Assembly: GCA_020137815.1 (NCBI GenBank)
Contig: CM035355.1
Location: forward strand, 558,001 to 622,000
Origin: Hormiphora californensis
Taxonomy: Eukaryota > Animalia > Ctenophora
Length of the DNA stretch: 64,000 bases
Reading direction: 5' to 3'
Under the pieces are notes generated by a model, which saw only the letters and a list, made by a program, of their open reading frames with translations, had not been told where the DNA came from and ran no database searches. Position 1 is the stretch's first letter; each line of letters starts with the position of its first letter. A program made the position numbers and the translations under genes. Shown here piece by piece: positions 13,933 to 25,900 of the stretch.

Positions 13933-16749
13933 ATGACGCAAACGATTCTGGAGGCAGTTAGGGTTTACGTCCAGTTTTAAAACCTTGCCCCCCCAAACCT
14001 TTCTTTACCCCTAGGGGGACAGCTGGGGGGGTTTGATGTAAGGGGGTTTCCCCTGGCACCGCCGTTACAGAAGGGGCCCCTTCTCGCTGTTAAGGTTTTT
14101 ATTTCCTGTCTTTCAGTTCCCAATAAATCAAAAGAAAGGGAAAGATTTTTTTTCCCCCTTTTTTTTAAAAACCCCTTGGAATTAGTTTTTGTAAAATTAG
14201 AAAATCTGGTAATATCATCTCCCCTCTCTCAGATCAAAAGTGTGTGGTGGAGGTAGTATTGGGGTGATGCCTTTTATAGGTTTCACGTGACACACCTTAT
14301 ATGGGCATCACGTGACACACCACTCTCCCTTTCTCTCTCAGATCAAAAGTGTGTGGTGGAGGTAGTATTGGGGTGATGATAACTGCATCACACAACCCCG
14401 CTCCTGATAACGGGTTAAAGATTGTGGAGATGGGAGGAGAGATGCTAGCGGTTCAGTGGGAGAACTATGCAACACAACTAGCTAACACCCCCGAGACAGG
14501 TCTACCTGAGGTGAGAGGGAGGTGTCAGGTGTGACAGGGACATTCTGAGAGGGACCGGGGTTGCTGTATGATGGGGTGGGAGTATTTATATTTTGTATTT
14601 TATGGGAGCATCCATCTTGATTCTAACAAAATATATAATCCCGCCAGGCGTTAGTGGATCTATGTGAAAAGTTAAACGTGCCACTCTGCAAATCCAAATC
14701 TTCGGTAATTATTGGCCGAGATACCCGGGAGACAGGTCCTGAGATCCTGGCAGCTATCCAATCCGGGGTGGAGTCCCTGGAGGCTAGGGTCACTGATGTT
14801 GGGATCTGTACTACTCCCCAACTTCACTGGATCGTTAAACAGACGAACCTCAACCAACCCGCTACCCTGACTGACTATTACTCCACCTTTGCAACGGCAT
14901 TCAAGAAGTTTTCAATGAGGAACACCGGCAGGAAACTTTCTATAAAGGTGAGAGTTAGTTAAGTTCTGAGTTTTGATATAGTTACCATGTTCTGTGTGGG
15001 TTGTGAAGCTGTTATCATTACATTGCACTGTGTGTTGCGTGCCATATATTATACTCATTATGTTTGGGAATTATGTAAAACAACCTCTGCATCTGAAACC
15101 CATTATTTCATCTGTATTTCATCTCTAGTAGTACCATGTCTGACCCGTACACCGAGGAATACAACTTAGCTCTGAGGGTGGTAAAACAGGCTGGCCCTCT
15201 TCTCTCTGCCGCGTTTACTACACAAAGCAAGACTATCCACACCAAATCCTCGCCAACCGATCTGGTCACTGAGACAGACAAACTAATTGAGGATTTCATT
15301 TTCAATGAAATAGAGAAGGCCTACCCCGATGATGGGTTAGTGGGAGAGGAAACAGGGGGAAGATTTAACGAGGGACGAGTTTGGATCCTTGACCCTATTG
15401 ATGGCACAACCAACTTTGTTCATAGTAACCCCTCTATCTGTATAAGTCTTGCACTTGCAGTAGCTAGGCAACCTGTTCTTGGTGTAATCTACAACCCACT
15501 GACAGAGTCGCTTTACACTGCACGTGCTGGCAAGGGCGCCTTCCTTAACGGATTCCCACTCTCTACCTCCCGGTGTAAGACCCTCTCTAGAGCTCTACTA
15601 TCCACTCACATCCTCTCAGACGCCTCACTAGAGATCAATATTGTGAATATTAGGAGGCTACACACTGATAACGCGTGCCGGGGAGTCAGGATGGGAGGTA
15701 GCTCAGTGCTCATGTTGTGTGATGTGGCGGCAGGGTCTAGTGATGGGTTCTGGGTGGAGGGTCTTCATATTTGGGATCTGGCAGCTGGGATTCTCCTGGT
15801 TCGAGAGGCTGGGGGAGTGGTAATATCAACAGTGAGGGGAGAGGAGTTCAGTTTGGTTAAGAGAAGGGTGATTGCAGCGGGGTCTGATGAGTTGGCAAAA
15901 GAGATGTTGGATACACTGAAGAGGATCCCTGGAGAACTTTATAAACCTGATCTTGATGTTGATAATTAGTCATCGGATCATTATCTAACCCCCTAATGGA
16001 ATCGGGATCAACCCATCGTTTGATAGTCAATGATTTAGAATGTTACATGACTTTTACATGACACTTTTTTTACGACACAGTGTTGTTTTCCTGTATCTCC
16101 CTCCCTCTTCAACACCCCCTAATCTCTACTTTCCTTATTTACCCCATCTCTATCTCTAATACCATTCTCTACTTTCCTAACTGACCCCCTCTCTCCTTCT
16201 CCAATCTCTAATGTCCTGATTGACCCCCTCCCTCCCCCAGGTGGACTGTGCGAATGGTGTTGGAGCGGTCTCTCTCCGGGCCATATCCCCTCTCCTCAGT
16301 GAGCTGCTTGATATTGACATACATAACGATGGAAGTGAGGGAGAACTCAACAAGGACTGTGGAGCTGACTTTGTCAAGGTAATTGGGTACTAATTAGTTG
16401 CTTTCCCGGCACTTCTGTTATAAATTCTGTCCTTCACCCTCTTGTTTCCATATAACCACACCCTGTTTCCCTAGAATTAATTCCATTTCTTCCTCTAATA
16501 ATCCTCTCTTATTGACCCCCTCCCACACAAGAAATCTTTTGTTAGTCCCCACACACAGTTAATTCAGACCTCTCTCACCGAGTATTACCTCCCTCCCCTC
16601 CTACACAGTTAATGCAGAACGCACCGAAAGGTGTCTCTTACACGGAGAACGACCATTGCTACACTATAGACGGGGATGCTGATAGAATACTCTTCTTTTA
16701 CAGTGAGAACCACAGGTGATTTATTTTCCAAAACACTCCGACACCCCCC

Positions 16750-16785
<36 letters not shown>

Positions 16786-18050
16786 GATCGAACAGCAAAA
16801 CTTGTGGTTTATCAGGAGGAAAATCAAACATATTATTTTTATCACGTTATCCAAATACAACTTTTCGGTGTCTCCAACAACACTCCAAATCACAATTACC
16901 CCGAACCTCCAGGTTTCACTTGCTAGACGGGGATAAGATATCATGTTTATTGGCATCCTATATTAGGAGACTATTAGACGAGGCCGAGATGAATGTTGAA
17001 GTTGGGGTGAGTCAGTGCAGTAGGGGTATCATGGGCGATGAAGGGATGGACCATTTCACTGGGCAGATTCTCTGCAGTTGAATTTCAATTCAGTTCTCAT
17101 ACCAATCTCTTTTTCAGGTGGTCCAAACAGCATATGCTAACGGCAGTTCAACTTCCTACTTGCAAGACCAAGGAGTTGAGGTTGTGTGTGTTCCTACCGG
17201 GGTAAAACACCTTCACGCCGCGGCAGAGAAGATGGATATTGGCATCTATTTTGAGGCTAATGGCCACGGGACTGTTTTGTTTAGTAACAAGGCCATAGCT
17301 GCCATAAACAAAGAAGCAGACCAATGTGACTCACTCAAGGGTCACCGGACTCCCATGCAGAAATTACAGAACCTGACGGCGCTAATAAACCAGGCGTGTG
17401 GGGATGCAGTGACTAACATCTTGGTTATCGAGGCGTTACTAAGGGACAATAGATGGATGGTGTGTGACTGGGATGGGCTTTATACCGACCTACCCTACAG
17501 ACAGTTAAAAGTAGCAGTAGCTGATCGCTCTCTTATTAAAACATTTGACGTGGGAAAACAACAGTGAAAAGGAGGGGCTACAATCCCCAAAAAGCGATCT
17601 GTTCTCATACATCCCGGTGCCAGGTTTTTTTTGGCCAAAGTGGTACTGGAATTTTGTTGTGGCACGCTGGTTAAAACACAAGGGACCGAGCTTGTCCGGC
17701 CGTGGGGGAGTTTTGGGGTTCGATTTTCCGAAACCCCCGTGTAAATTTGAGTCCCACATGGGTTTAGTGGCAGCATGGATTATTTTAATGAGGGGGTTGT
17801 GTTAAAATTTTTGTTTATTAATGTTTATCAAAAAGGATTTTTTTTAAACCCCCAAAAAACTTGTTTTAACGGAACACATCACGGCGGCAGAGGCTCGAGT
17901 GTGGGAGAGACATCGAAGAAGACTTGTAGAGTTGTATTAGCAACAACCCAACAAACTTCCCAGTTCTATTGGAAGATGGAGCGCGCGGTACAAGAGGGCT
18001 GTGAAAAGTGCGCTCATCAAGTTCAGCCGAACGCAGTTACTCAAAAATTT
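13933..18050 (+). CDS. PGM3: Phosphoacetylglucosamine mutase (AGM1), about 8 exons: ~13933-14094 (error-ridden), 14342-14510, 14648-14947, 16241-16378, 16609-16715, 16913-17006, 17118-~17600, ~17890-18050 (error-ridden)
   Basis: Phase-consistent GT-AG junctions join GVMITASHNP..DNGLK, IIGRDTR..TTPQLH, VDCANGVGA..CGADFVK, DGDADRILFFY, FHLLDGDK, VVQTAYANGSST..TGVKHLH..GIYFEANGHGT. Exon 1 retains MTQTILEAV and gggacagctggg (GTAG). The 3' end retains an SGTED.VRVY-like remnant. Confidence 0.93.
15136..15969 (+). CDS. Inositol monophosphatase family phosphatase (IMPA-like), intronless, nested in PGM3 intron 3 on the same strand
   Basis: Intact 277-aa ORF with KSSPTDLVTETD, GEE, WILDPIDGTTNFVH, GVIYNP, GKGAFLNG, HIWDLAAG..LVREAGG. 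It lies between the PGM3 donor at 14948 and the acceptor at 16240. Confidence 0.95.
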   Translation: MSDPYTEEYNLALRVVKQAGPLLSAAFTTQSKTIHTKSSPTDLVTETDKLIEDFIFNEIEKAYPDDGLVGEETGGRFNEGRVWILDPIDGTTNFVHSNPSICISLALAVARQPVLGVIYNPLTESLYTARAGKGAFLNGFPLSTSRCKTLSRALLSTHILSDASLEINIVNIRRLHTDNACRGVRMGGSSVLMLCDVAAGSSDGFWVEGLHIWDLAAGILLVREAGGVVISTVRGEEFSLVKRRVIAAGSDELAKEMLDTLKRIPGELYKPDLDVDN

Positions 18051-21000
18051 TAGCAACAAATTTGTAAATTTTTTGCCTTTAGTTATAATATTGAAGTTAA
18101 TTTTGAAGATTAGCTAAAGCGTTAACTTATTTCATTACCTGTTAATTTTAAAAAATTTAGCAAATTAATTTTTAAAATGTTTGGGGAAAAGGCGATAATT
18201 TTAATCTTATAAACTCAAATAAGCCCGCAAATTTATCAAAAATTATCGCGCGCAAAAAATTTTTTTTTTCCCATTTTTTATGGAGAGCGACTCCAGACCG
18301 GAAATTCGAACCGCGCTTTTTGTTTTGCTTGCGCGCCTGTTCCCCTTCCCAGGAGTTTTAAAATCTGTCTCCCAAATTGGAAACGTTTTTTTGCCCCACC
18401 ACGTGAAACCCCAACCATAATGCACCTAGCTCTCAGCCGAACCTCACGGACAACTTTAATAGCCCTTCCTCATCTTCGACAGAGCAAAACCCTTTTTGCT
18501 AAAGGGGAACTGAAGTAAAAATACGCCCCCCCTGACACCCCCGAGAATCAAAACTGCCCATCCTTAACAAATGGGGTGAAAAAGGTGAGGAACCCCCCCA
18601 GAAAAGGAGACAGCTTAGCCCTGGAAAGCGGGCTTTTGGGCCTTTTACCCTGACAGGGGGAACCCTAAAGCTAGAGGGGGGGGCCGAACCGGGCACTTCG
18701 GGCATGGCTCTCATCTTTGGCGGTAAAAACCGGCCTCGGCCCCCCTCCCCCTCTAAAAGGGGTCCCCCAAAACCACCCCAAAACCTTTTCCAACAGACTC
18801 CATACCCAAAACGCCCCCTTGATAAAAAACCCTCGCAGGTCCCCCCACCCGCCCCAAAAGGGAAAAAACCGCTGAGCTTGGTCCCCCCAGTGCCCCCCTT
18901 GTTAAACCAAACGGAAAAGCCCCCATCTCATCAAATAAAAAACCCCGTTAAATTTTGAACCCTTAACCCCAAAAAACACCCAGGGAAAACAAAACCAAAA
19001 AGCCCACCCCCCTAGTGTCTCAAAAACATCACTCCCCCCCGGCCCTTACAATCCCTGGTTTTTACTTGAATCTGAAAGGGAAATCGGAATCGGAGTAAAC
19101 GAACACTAAAGTACTGAAAAAGGATTTTAAAAAAATTAGGAAATCTTGAGGTTTAATTTTCCCTGAGGATTTCCGCCCCAAAACCATTATTACCCCTGAT
19201 GGACCCCTCTAACACCCCAATCCGGGGCCCCGGGAAAAAATGTTATTAGGTTAAAAGGGGGGTTCAGGACTAAAAGAGCAGCCCGGGTAGGCCCTCACCT
19301 CGGCCCCTGCCCGGAAAAACGCCCCAAAGTCCTCGGGAGCTGTTTAAAAAAGTTCTTGACAAACAAAGTGACAAAAATGACTCCAAAAGGGCGGGAAATA
19401 AAGGAAACTAAAAAGACCTGAAAGCCTGGGAAAACCACCCCCCCAGGCAAGTTAGTTTCCCCCGGCTAAAAAACCTAGTGAGATTGACACTATCTCCCCG
19501 GGAAAACCTTTAAAAGGTTAAACCCAGTTTGTACAAAAACAGATGACCCCACTCCCCCCGGTTGACAACTCCCAGTCCGCAGCTGCGTCAAATGCAGCAG
19601 ATCGGGCTGCTGGCGTCGGCGTGACTAACTCTCGCAAACCCAGCCCAAAGACAAAACAAAAAACCCACTCAAGGTTTAAGGTCCAAGTGGAATCCACGCT
19701 AACCTAAAACAGACCAAGTACAGAAGACAAGTTAGGAAAGGCTTTCCATCGGAGAACCCCCCACGCCCAAACCCGGAAACCCCCCCAAAGGGGTCGGGAA
19801 AATGGAACCGAGAACCCCGCCTTTTTTCCCCCTCAACAACCCTTTACGGGGGGGGGGTTTAAAACCCCCAAAAAATTTCCCTTTATACCCCCTTTTTTTC
19901 AAAAGGAAAATTTTTTTTGGGTTTTTTAAAATTTAGTTTTGGAAATTTTTTTGGAAATTTTTTGAATTTTTTTGGAAATTTTTTGAAAATTTTTTTAAAA
20001 ATTTTTAGAAATTTTTGGACAATGGAAATTTTTTGGGAAATTTTTTTGTAAATGGAAAAATTTTAGAAAATTTTTAAGTTTTAAAATTTTTTGAAATTTT
20101 GAAGTTTTTTGAAACCCTTTTTAAGTTTTTACCCCCTTTGTCGGTAACCCAATTCCAAGGTAATTTACAGGTAAACTATTGGTGACATTGACACCTAAAT
20201 GCTGCGGTCGGGGGGGCGCCGGGGAACCCAGACGAGTCGCACATAGGTTTCCCCCTTCCCCCCCCTAAAAAAGGGGCGGGTCTTTCCCAACCAAATTGCA
20301 AAGTGATCCACGGCCGTTTACATCCGGGGTTTTTGGGAAAAGACTCCAAAATTTGGGCCCCAGTTTTTTGGAAAATTTCCCCAGAAAATTTTTTTGGGCA
20401 AAAGGAAGGGGTCAAAAAATTTACACTAGTCAAAAACTATTTTTGGGGTTTCCCCAGCTTTTTTCCCCCACTCCCAGAAGGTTTTTGAATTAATCTGGGG
20501 GTATCAGAAAAAGGTTGAAATCGTTAGTACCGTCGGACCCGATTTTGGGCCCCCCGTTTGTGGCAACCCCCCATTTAGGGACCGGATTTTTTTTCCCCCC
20601 CCATATAAGGGAAAATTTAAACCTTTTTTTACCCCGAAATTTAATGGAAAAAAACCCCCATTTTTGTGGACAAAAGGCCCTTTTCCCCCAGGGTTTTTCC
20701 CCCCAAAACCCGGGGTTTCCCAATGTTTCTGGAAAAAACCCGGCATTAATAGCTGGGTGCTAATTGCATCAACATATCACCCAAAATTCTAAATCGCATG
20801 GGCGAGTGCAAAAATTCGGAAGCCAGATTATAGGTTTTACTTCAGTGTCAATTTTACCCCTTTCCCGTTTCAAAAAACTTCTCGGGTTTTTTTCCAGGTT
20901 TAGGACATTTGTTCTTTGCGACCCAAATGGGTCAAATCGGGCCCCGTGGATCGCCCTGCAACATCCCTTTAAAGAAAAGACCCTTTTTGAGGCGGGGCAG

Positions 21001-22450
21001 ACACCGTGTGTGACTCAATCTTGGTCGTGCACGGTGTCTAGTCACCAAGGGAATCTATGAAAGTTTTCGACCCGTAAGTTAGTATTATTCTGCCTTTTAA
21101 CCCTTATGAGTTTAAAAAAGTTTAAGTTTCTATAGGGATGCTAAAAAACCCCGAAACTACACGGTATTCATTTGCCCTGGTAAAAGGACCGCCCGAAAAA
21201 TTTTAAAAGTAATTTCCCAAATACCCCCTTATATAATAATGGTATTTTGTGTATTTGGTAATTATTTTAAACATTTTCGAGAGTCCCGCCTTAGGCCAAA
21301 TGAAGCTATGATTTCTGAAAATTGTAGGGGATTGCCCAAAATATTGTTCGATGTCTTATCTATTTTCAATAATTTATTGATGCTCAGTTTCACAAGGAAA
21401 GGAAAGGGAAACCAGTTCTTCGAAAAGTGTTTATTTTTTCAATTTTTTTTAAATTTTTTTTTTCTTGGCAAGGGAAAAATTTTTGGAAAAATTTTTGAAA
21501 TTTTTGAAATTTTTGGAAAATTAATGGAAATTTTTGGCCCTTTTTAAAAATTTTTAAAAATTTTTTCTAAAACTTAAAAAAATTTCTTTCAACCAAAATT
21601 TCTAAAAATTTTAAAAAATTTCCATCGATCCCCGGGATTTTGGCAAAAGGAAAAAGGAAAATTTTTTGGTTTAACCCCCCCCCCCCACCAGGGGCTCAGA
21701 ACAAAGCCAACAAAAAATGTGCTTTTACGGATAGCGTTAGCGTCCCTCGACCAAACCAAACAAATTTTGGATTGGGAAAGTTGCAAGATAATCAACATTA
21801 GCTCGATCGACAATCTGGCTAAGAAATCCGGCGAAACGGTCAAACAGTTGCGCTCCTATGAGCCCGACTTTCTGTATGTCCACCTAGGGATTAACGACGT
21901 GCAGAACAAGACAGACCCCGCCACCACCAAGAACCAACTTTTCTTTTCCCCCAGAATTCCCGCTTAAACCCCCCCCCCCCCAAATTCCTCCCCTTCCAAA
22001 CTGCCCCCACTTGGGCCAGTCCCCCCAGAAGTGGATCCCCAGATGGTTTTCGCCAAATGGGTAAAGCAAAACCCCCCAGGGTCAGGGTCCTCAATTGGGA
22101 AAAAACAACAAAACAACGACCATCTAGCAAGTGACGGAATCCACCCAACTGATACAGGGAAATCAATTCTCCTAAAAAACTTCCAACGTTCGATCCACGC
22201 AATCGTTAAACCTTCAGCCTAATTCATGACACGAGTTTTGAACCCCTAGTTTACTAAAATCCTCCCGGAAATTTAAAGCCTTGGTCCACCCCTAACCCAA
22301 AAGGAAACCAAGAGGCCTGTCCTCTCAATAGTTTGATGTTATTCTCCTCCAAGGCCGGAAGGGAACCGGGGTTTGCGGGGTTTGACTGTACTGCACATCG
22401 AAACAATGCCGTGGGGGGTTTTGCCTTCCCGACAAAAAAAGGGTACGGGG
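17550..22450. other. Low-quality (unpolished) sequence with pervasive homopolymer expansion
   Basis: Abrupt excess of A/T/C/G runs; the recognisable PGM3 and LINE coding sequence is broken within it. Confidence 0.8.
21719..22222 (+). mobile_element. Degraded LINE ORF1 SGNH-esterase fragment (CR1/L2-like)
   Basis: YVHLGINDV (SGNH block III) and HLASDGIHPT.TG (DxxH block V) in adjacent frames. Confidence 0.6.
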
Positions 22451-22959
22451 GCGGGGGCAACTACCCCGGACCCGCGACTTACCCGATGATCTAGTCTCCA
22501 TTACGCTCTCAGCAGAATTTTTTGGCCTCGACAGAGACGCGGTCATCTTGTGTATATATGCCAGGCCCAAGTACAGTGATAACGATGGTGAAGGTCCCCA
22601 AAGGTGGAATGTTTTTGTTCCACTCATCAACACATTAAAATCTATCATTTTAATAGAGTGCTGATTGGCACAAACACATTTTACACAAGTCAGTTGTTAT
22701 ATGTCGTGTCAGAGAATTAATGAACGGGAGTCGAAGAAACCACTGTTCTACATTTTTGTATTCTTCTACACTCACCATAACAAAGCAGGGTATGTATGGG
22801 TCCAAGTATCTCGACCTTGAACTGGTCTTGATCCGTGGCAAAGAATGGCACCCGTGAAGGGTGTGGGTCTTCCCTCACACTGCACACACCATACGGTTAA
22901 GTTGTAGTTGCCTAACCCCTTGGTGACTTACAACACACATTACCACCGTCGGTGTATAA

Positions 22960-25900
22960 TTTTACACACATACTCGTATCAACCTACTCATATATGTATG
23001 AAATTAGGTTATAGAAACTTCTTTGCCGAACCCTGTTGTTTTAAAATCTCCCATCTATTTTATTTCAGATTTCTAAAATCAACCTAATAGAATGGCTAAT
23101 TATTCATTGTGGTCATTAGAATTCTACTCATACTCGTATCAAAAGTACTAATACCTGTATGAACTATGGAAAGTTCTCATGCTCTTACTTCAATGACTAA
23201 ATAATTAGAGACTTACTATCAAAGACTTATATCTTAATCTCCAACTTTTTCCATCAAAATCACTTAATTAAACTGATTGAAATGTATAACTTCTGCATCA
23301 AGTGACAAAGTACTCATACTCGTATGAAGTACTCATACCTGTATGGGCGGTAAAACGCCTCTAAAAACGCCTCTACGAAGTTTTAATTAACACGTTTTTC
23401 TGGGCCAATTCATGACAACAATAAAACAATTGATTCGAGACCAACTTACTTAAAAACTAAAAGTCACAATTTTTCCGTCGAAATTTTGCCATGGTACCCC
23501 TTGCCAAAAAAACACACCCAAAAATAAAATGTCTCCCCGTTCTTTAGTACTAGGCTTGTCCAGTAAATAATTTCGTTTGGCTTTTCTGGGACAATGGTTT
23601 AAGATAGAGCAAAATGGACTTCCCACTGTTTTTTAAACCACTCGATTTTTGATAGGATAAATGTCTGATATCGGAATGTGGTGTTCTCAGTCCCACGAGG
23701 TCCTCTTTCTATACCCCACTCTCGTTGCTGCTGCACGGGGTTACCAACCATTTCCTAAAACGCTGCCCTAATGAAAACTGGTTCAGTCTTTTTTAGCTCC
23801 TATGGTGCTTATCGATAGCAAATTGTCTAAGGATGAGCTATGTTTACGATTTTAGGGCTCTAGGTGTTGACTTATAACTCTAGGACAGTTAATGTAACAT
23901 GAAAAGGCGAAAAGTGCAAAAAAATTTGGGCCTGTTATACGGATTTTTTTTGAAAACAATCAACAACTCACTTTTTTAAGTCAACCAATCACATAATTGG
24001 GTTTCACTGCGTCTTAGAAGACTGGACTTAGAAACTAACTTTTTACCTGCAGAGTTTTTTAACTATAATCCATCCTGATGAGACCCGAAGTGAAAGTTTC
24101 TAATTTTTGGACCAAACATTTTTGGAAGCCCATCTCTCAGGAAAAAATAAAGAATAGGATCTTTTATTACATCTCAAACGAAAGATAATTGTCTAATGAA
24201 CAAGCTTGATGCAAACAAACATCACTCCGATACCATTTTCATTTCAGAAGTACGCAGGTTTAGTACTAAAACTTGAAAATCGTGATTTTCCATATGCAGC
24301 AGCAACGAGAGTGGGGGTATAGAAAGAGACCTCGTGGGAACTGAGAACAACCACATTCCGATATCAGACATTGTATTCCTATTCAAAATCGAGTGTAAAC
24401 AGTGGTGAAGTCCATTTTGCCTATGGCTAACCTTGCCCAAAAAACACCCAAAAATAAAATGTTCTCCTTCTAATATCTTGGCATGGTTGCACCCGGTAAA
24501 TAGTGAACTTTTAAAATTCTGGCTACCAGCTTTGAATGCCTAAAAACATAGACGGTATTTGGGTCGGAAGTGCAAATACGAGTATGAGTACTTTTCATAC
24601 GAGTATGAGTACAATTTAAAATTACCATACCAATCAGATATTCTAGTAAGCCAGATTAATCTATTTCACAGGAATAATGGGAGATTTGATAAATAAAACC
24701 TTAGTAGAAAGTTTCCATTACCAAAACCGTGTCAAAAGTAAATAAAATCATACAACATTTGATACGGGTATGAGTAATTTTCATACGAGTATGAGTACAG
24801 TTTCAAGTAACTACACTTCCATCAGTTTAAATTAAGTGATTTTGATGGAAAAGTGGGAGATTTAAGACATAAGTCTTCGATAGTAAATCTCTAATTATTT
24901 AGTCATGTATTCAGGGCATGAGAACTTCCCATAGTTCATACAGGTATGAGTACTTTTGATACGAGTATGAGTAGAATTTCAAGTGACCACATTCAATGAC
25001 ACTGCTTTTGGTTTATTTTAGAAATCTGAATAAATAGATGGGAGATTTAACATAACAGGGTTCGGCAATAAGTTTCTAATAACATGTACATGAAAAATCC
25101 TGTTTTTCATACAGATTACAGTTATGAGCAGGACTTGCAATTCTTGTCACCCGGCCCAAATACATGGCTGCACAATTTCCGGACGGAGATAGTCTCGAGA
25201 CCATCGTTAGGCCTGATCTTATTGCGTTACCACGAGTGGTGAGGGAATTAACCTGGTGGGAGTAGAAGAGACGACAGGCCATATTGTATAGCGGATGATC
25301 AAGGGCCAAGGCCCATGAGATCGAGCACCGACCTGGAAAGAGACAGTGGAGATAACGACTGGATGCTTACATTGTTTTGGAATGGTTTGAGGAGAACAGT
25401 GATGGGGTTCGTGACCAGATAGCGAGCAGCTTTCAAGATCACCAGCTTATAGGCTGATTCGATGTTCAGTCACGGGAGTCCCCGTGGCCCGTCCGGGGCT
25501 TGCAGGCTAATAGTGTTAGTTAAGCAGATCGGCAGAACGTAGCTATGACGAAATTCGGCACTAGAATTCTTGGGGTTGAGTTCAGTTCCTTGAGGTTGGT
25601 CTGACCAAAGTTGTAAAGTGGAATTTTTGAACCACTCAGGTTGCCCTATGGGTTGGTTGGTTGGTTGATGAGAGCAGTTGGTGCTTTTTGGAGCCTTTGA
25701 GTCCTATGGGTATCCATAGTAGGAATAGGATAAAAACATGAATTGTTCAATCTGTGGTACCAACTAATGTTCCTGGAAATTGAATAACAACAAACGTTTG
25801 CAAACATGCTATCAATGTGTATTGTGTAGTTGTAGCTTTGTTAAGGCAAAACGAAGTAAAAGCTTGACTCATATTCGTATAAAAGTACTCATACCTGTAT

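Noticed and set aside
14648-15969. PGM3-IMPase fusion protein by alternative splicing
   Set aside because: Exon 3 ends in phase 0, and both acceptors before the IMPase ATG give a stop or the wrong frame.
15136-15969. Bacterial horizontal transfer of suhB
   Set aside because: The N-terminus (MSDPY..KSSPTDLVTETD) and HIWD motif resemble animal IMPA; lacking introns is not by itself evidence of transfer.
17550-22450. Numerous K/F/G/P-rich ORFs and odd base composition (also 57260-58750)
   Set aside because: Homopolymer-inflated low-accuracy sequence, not biology.
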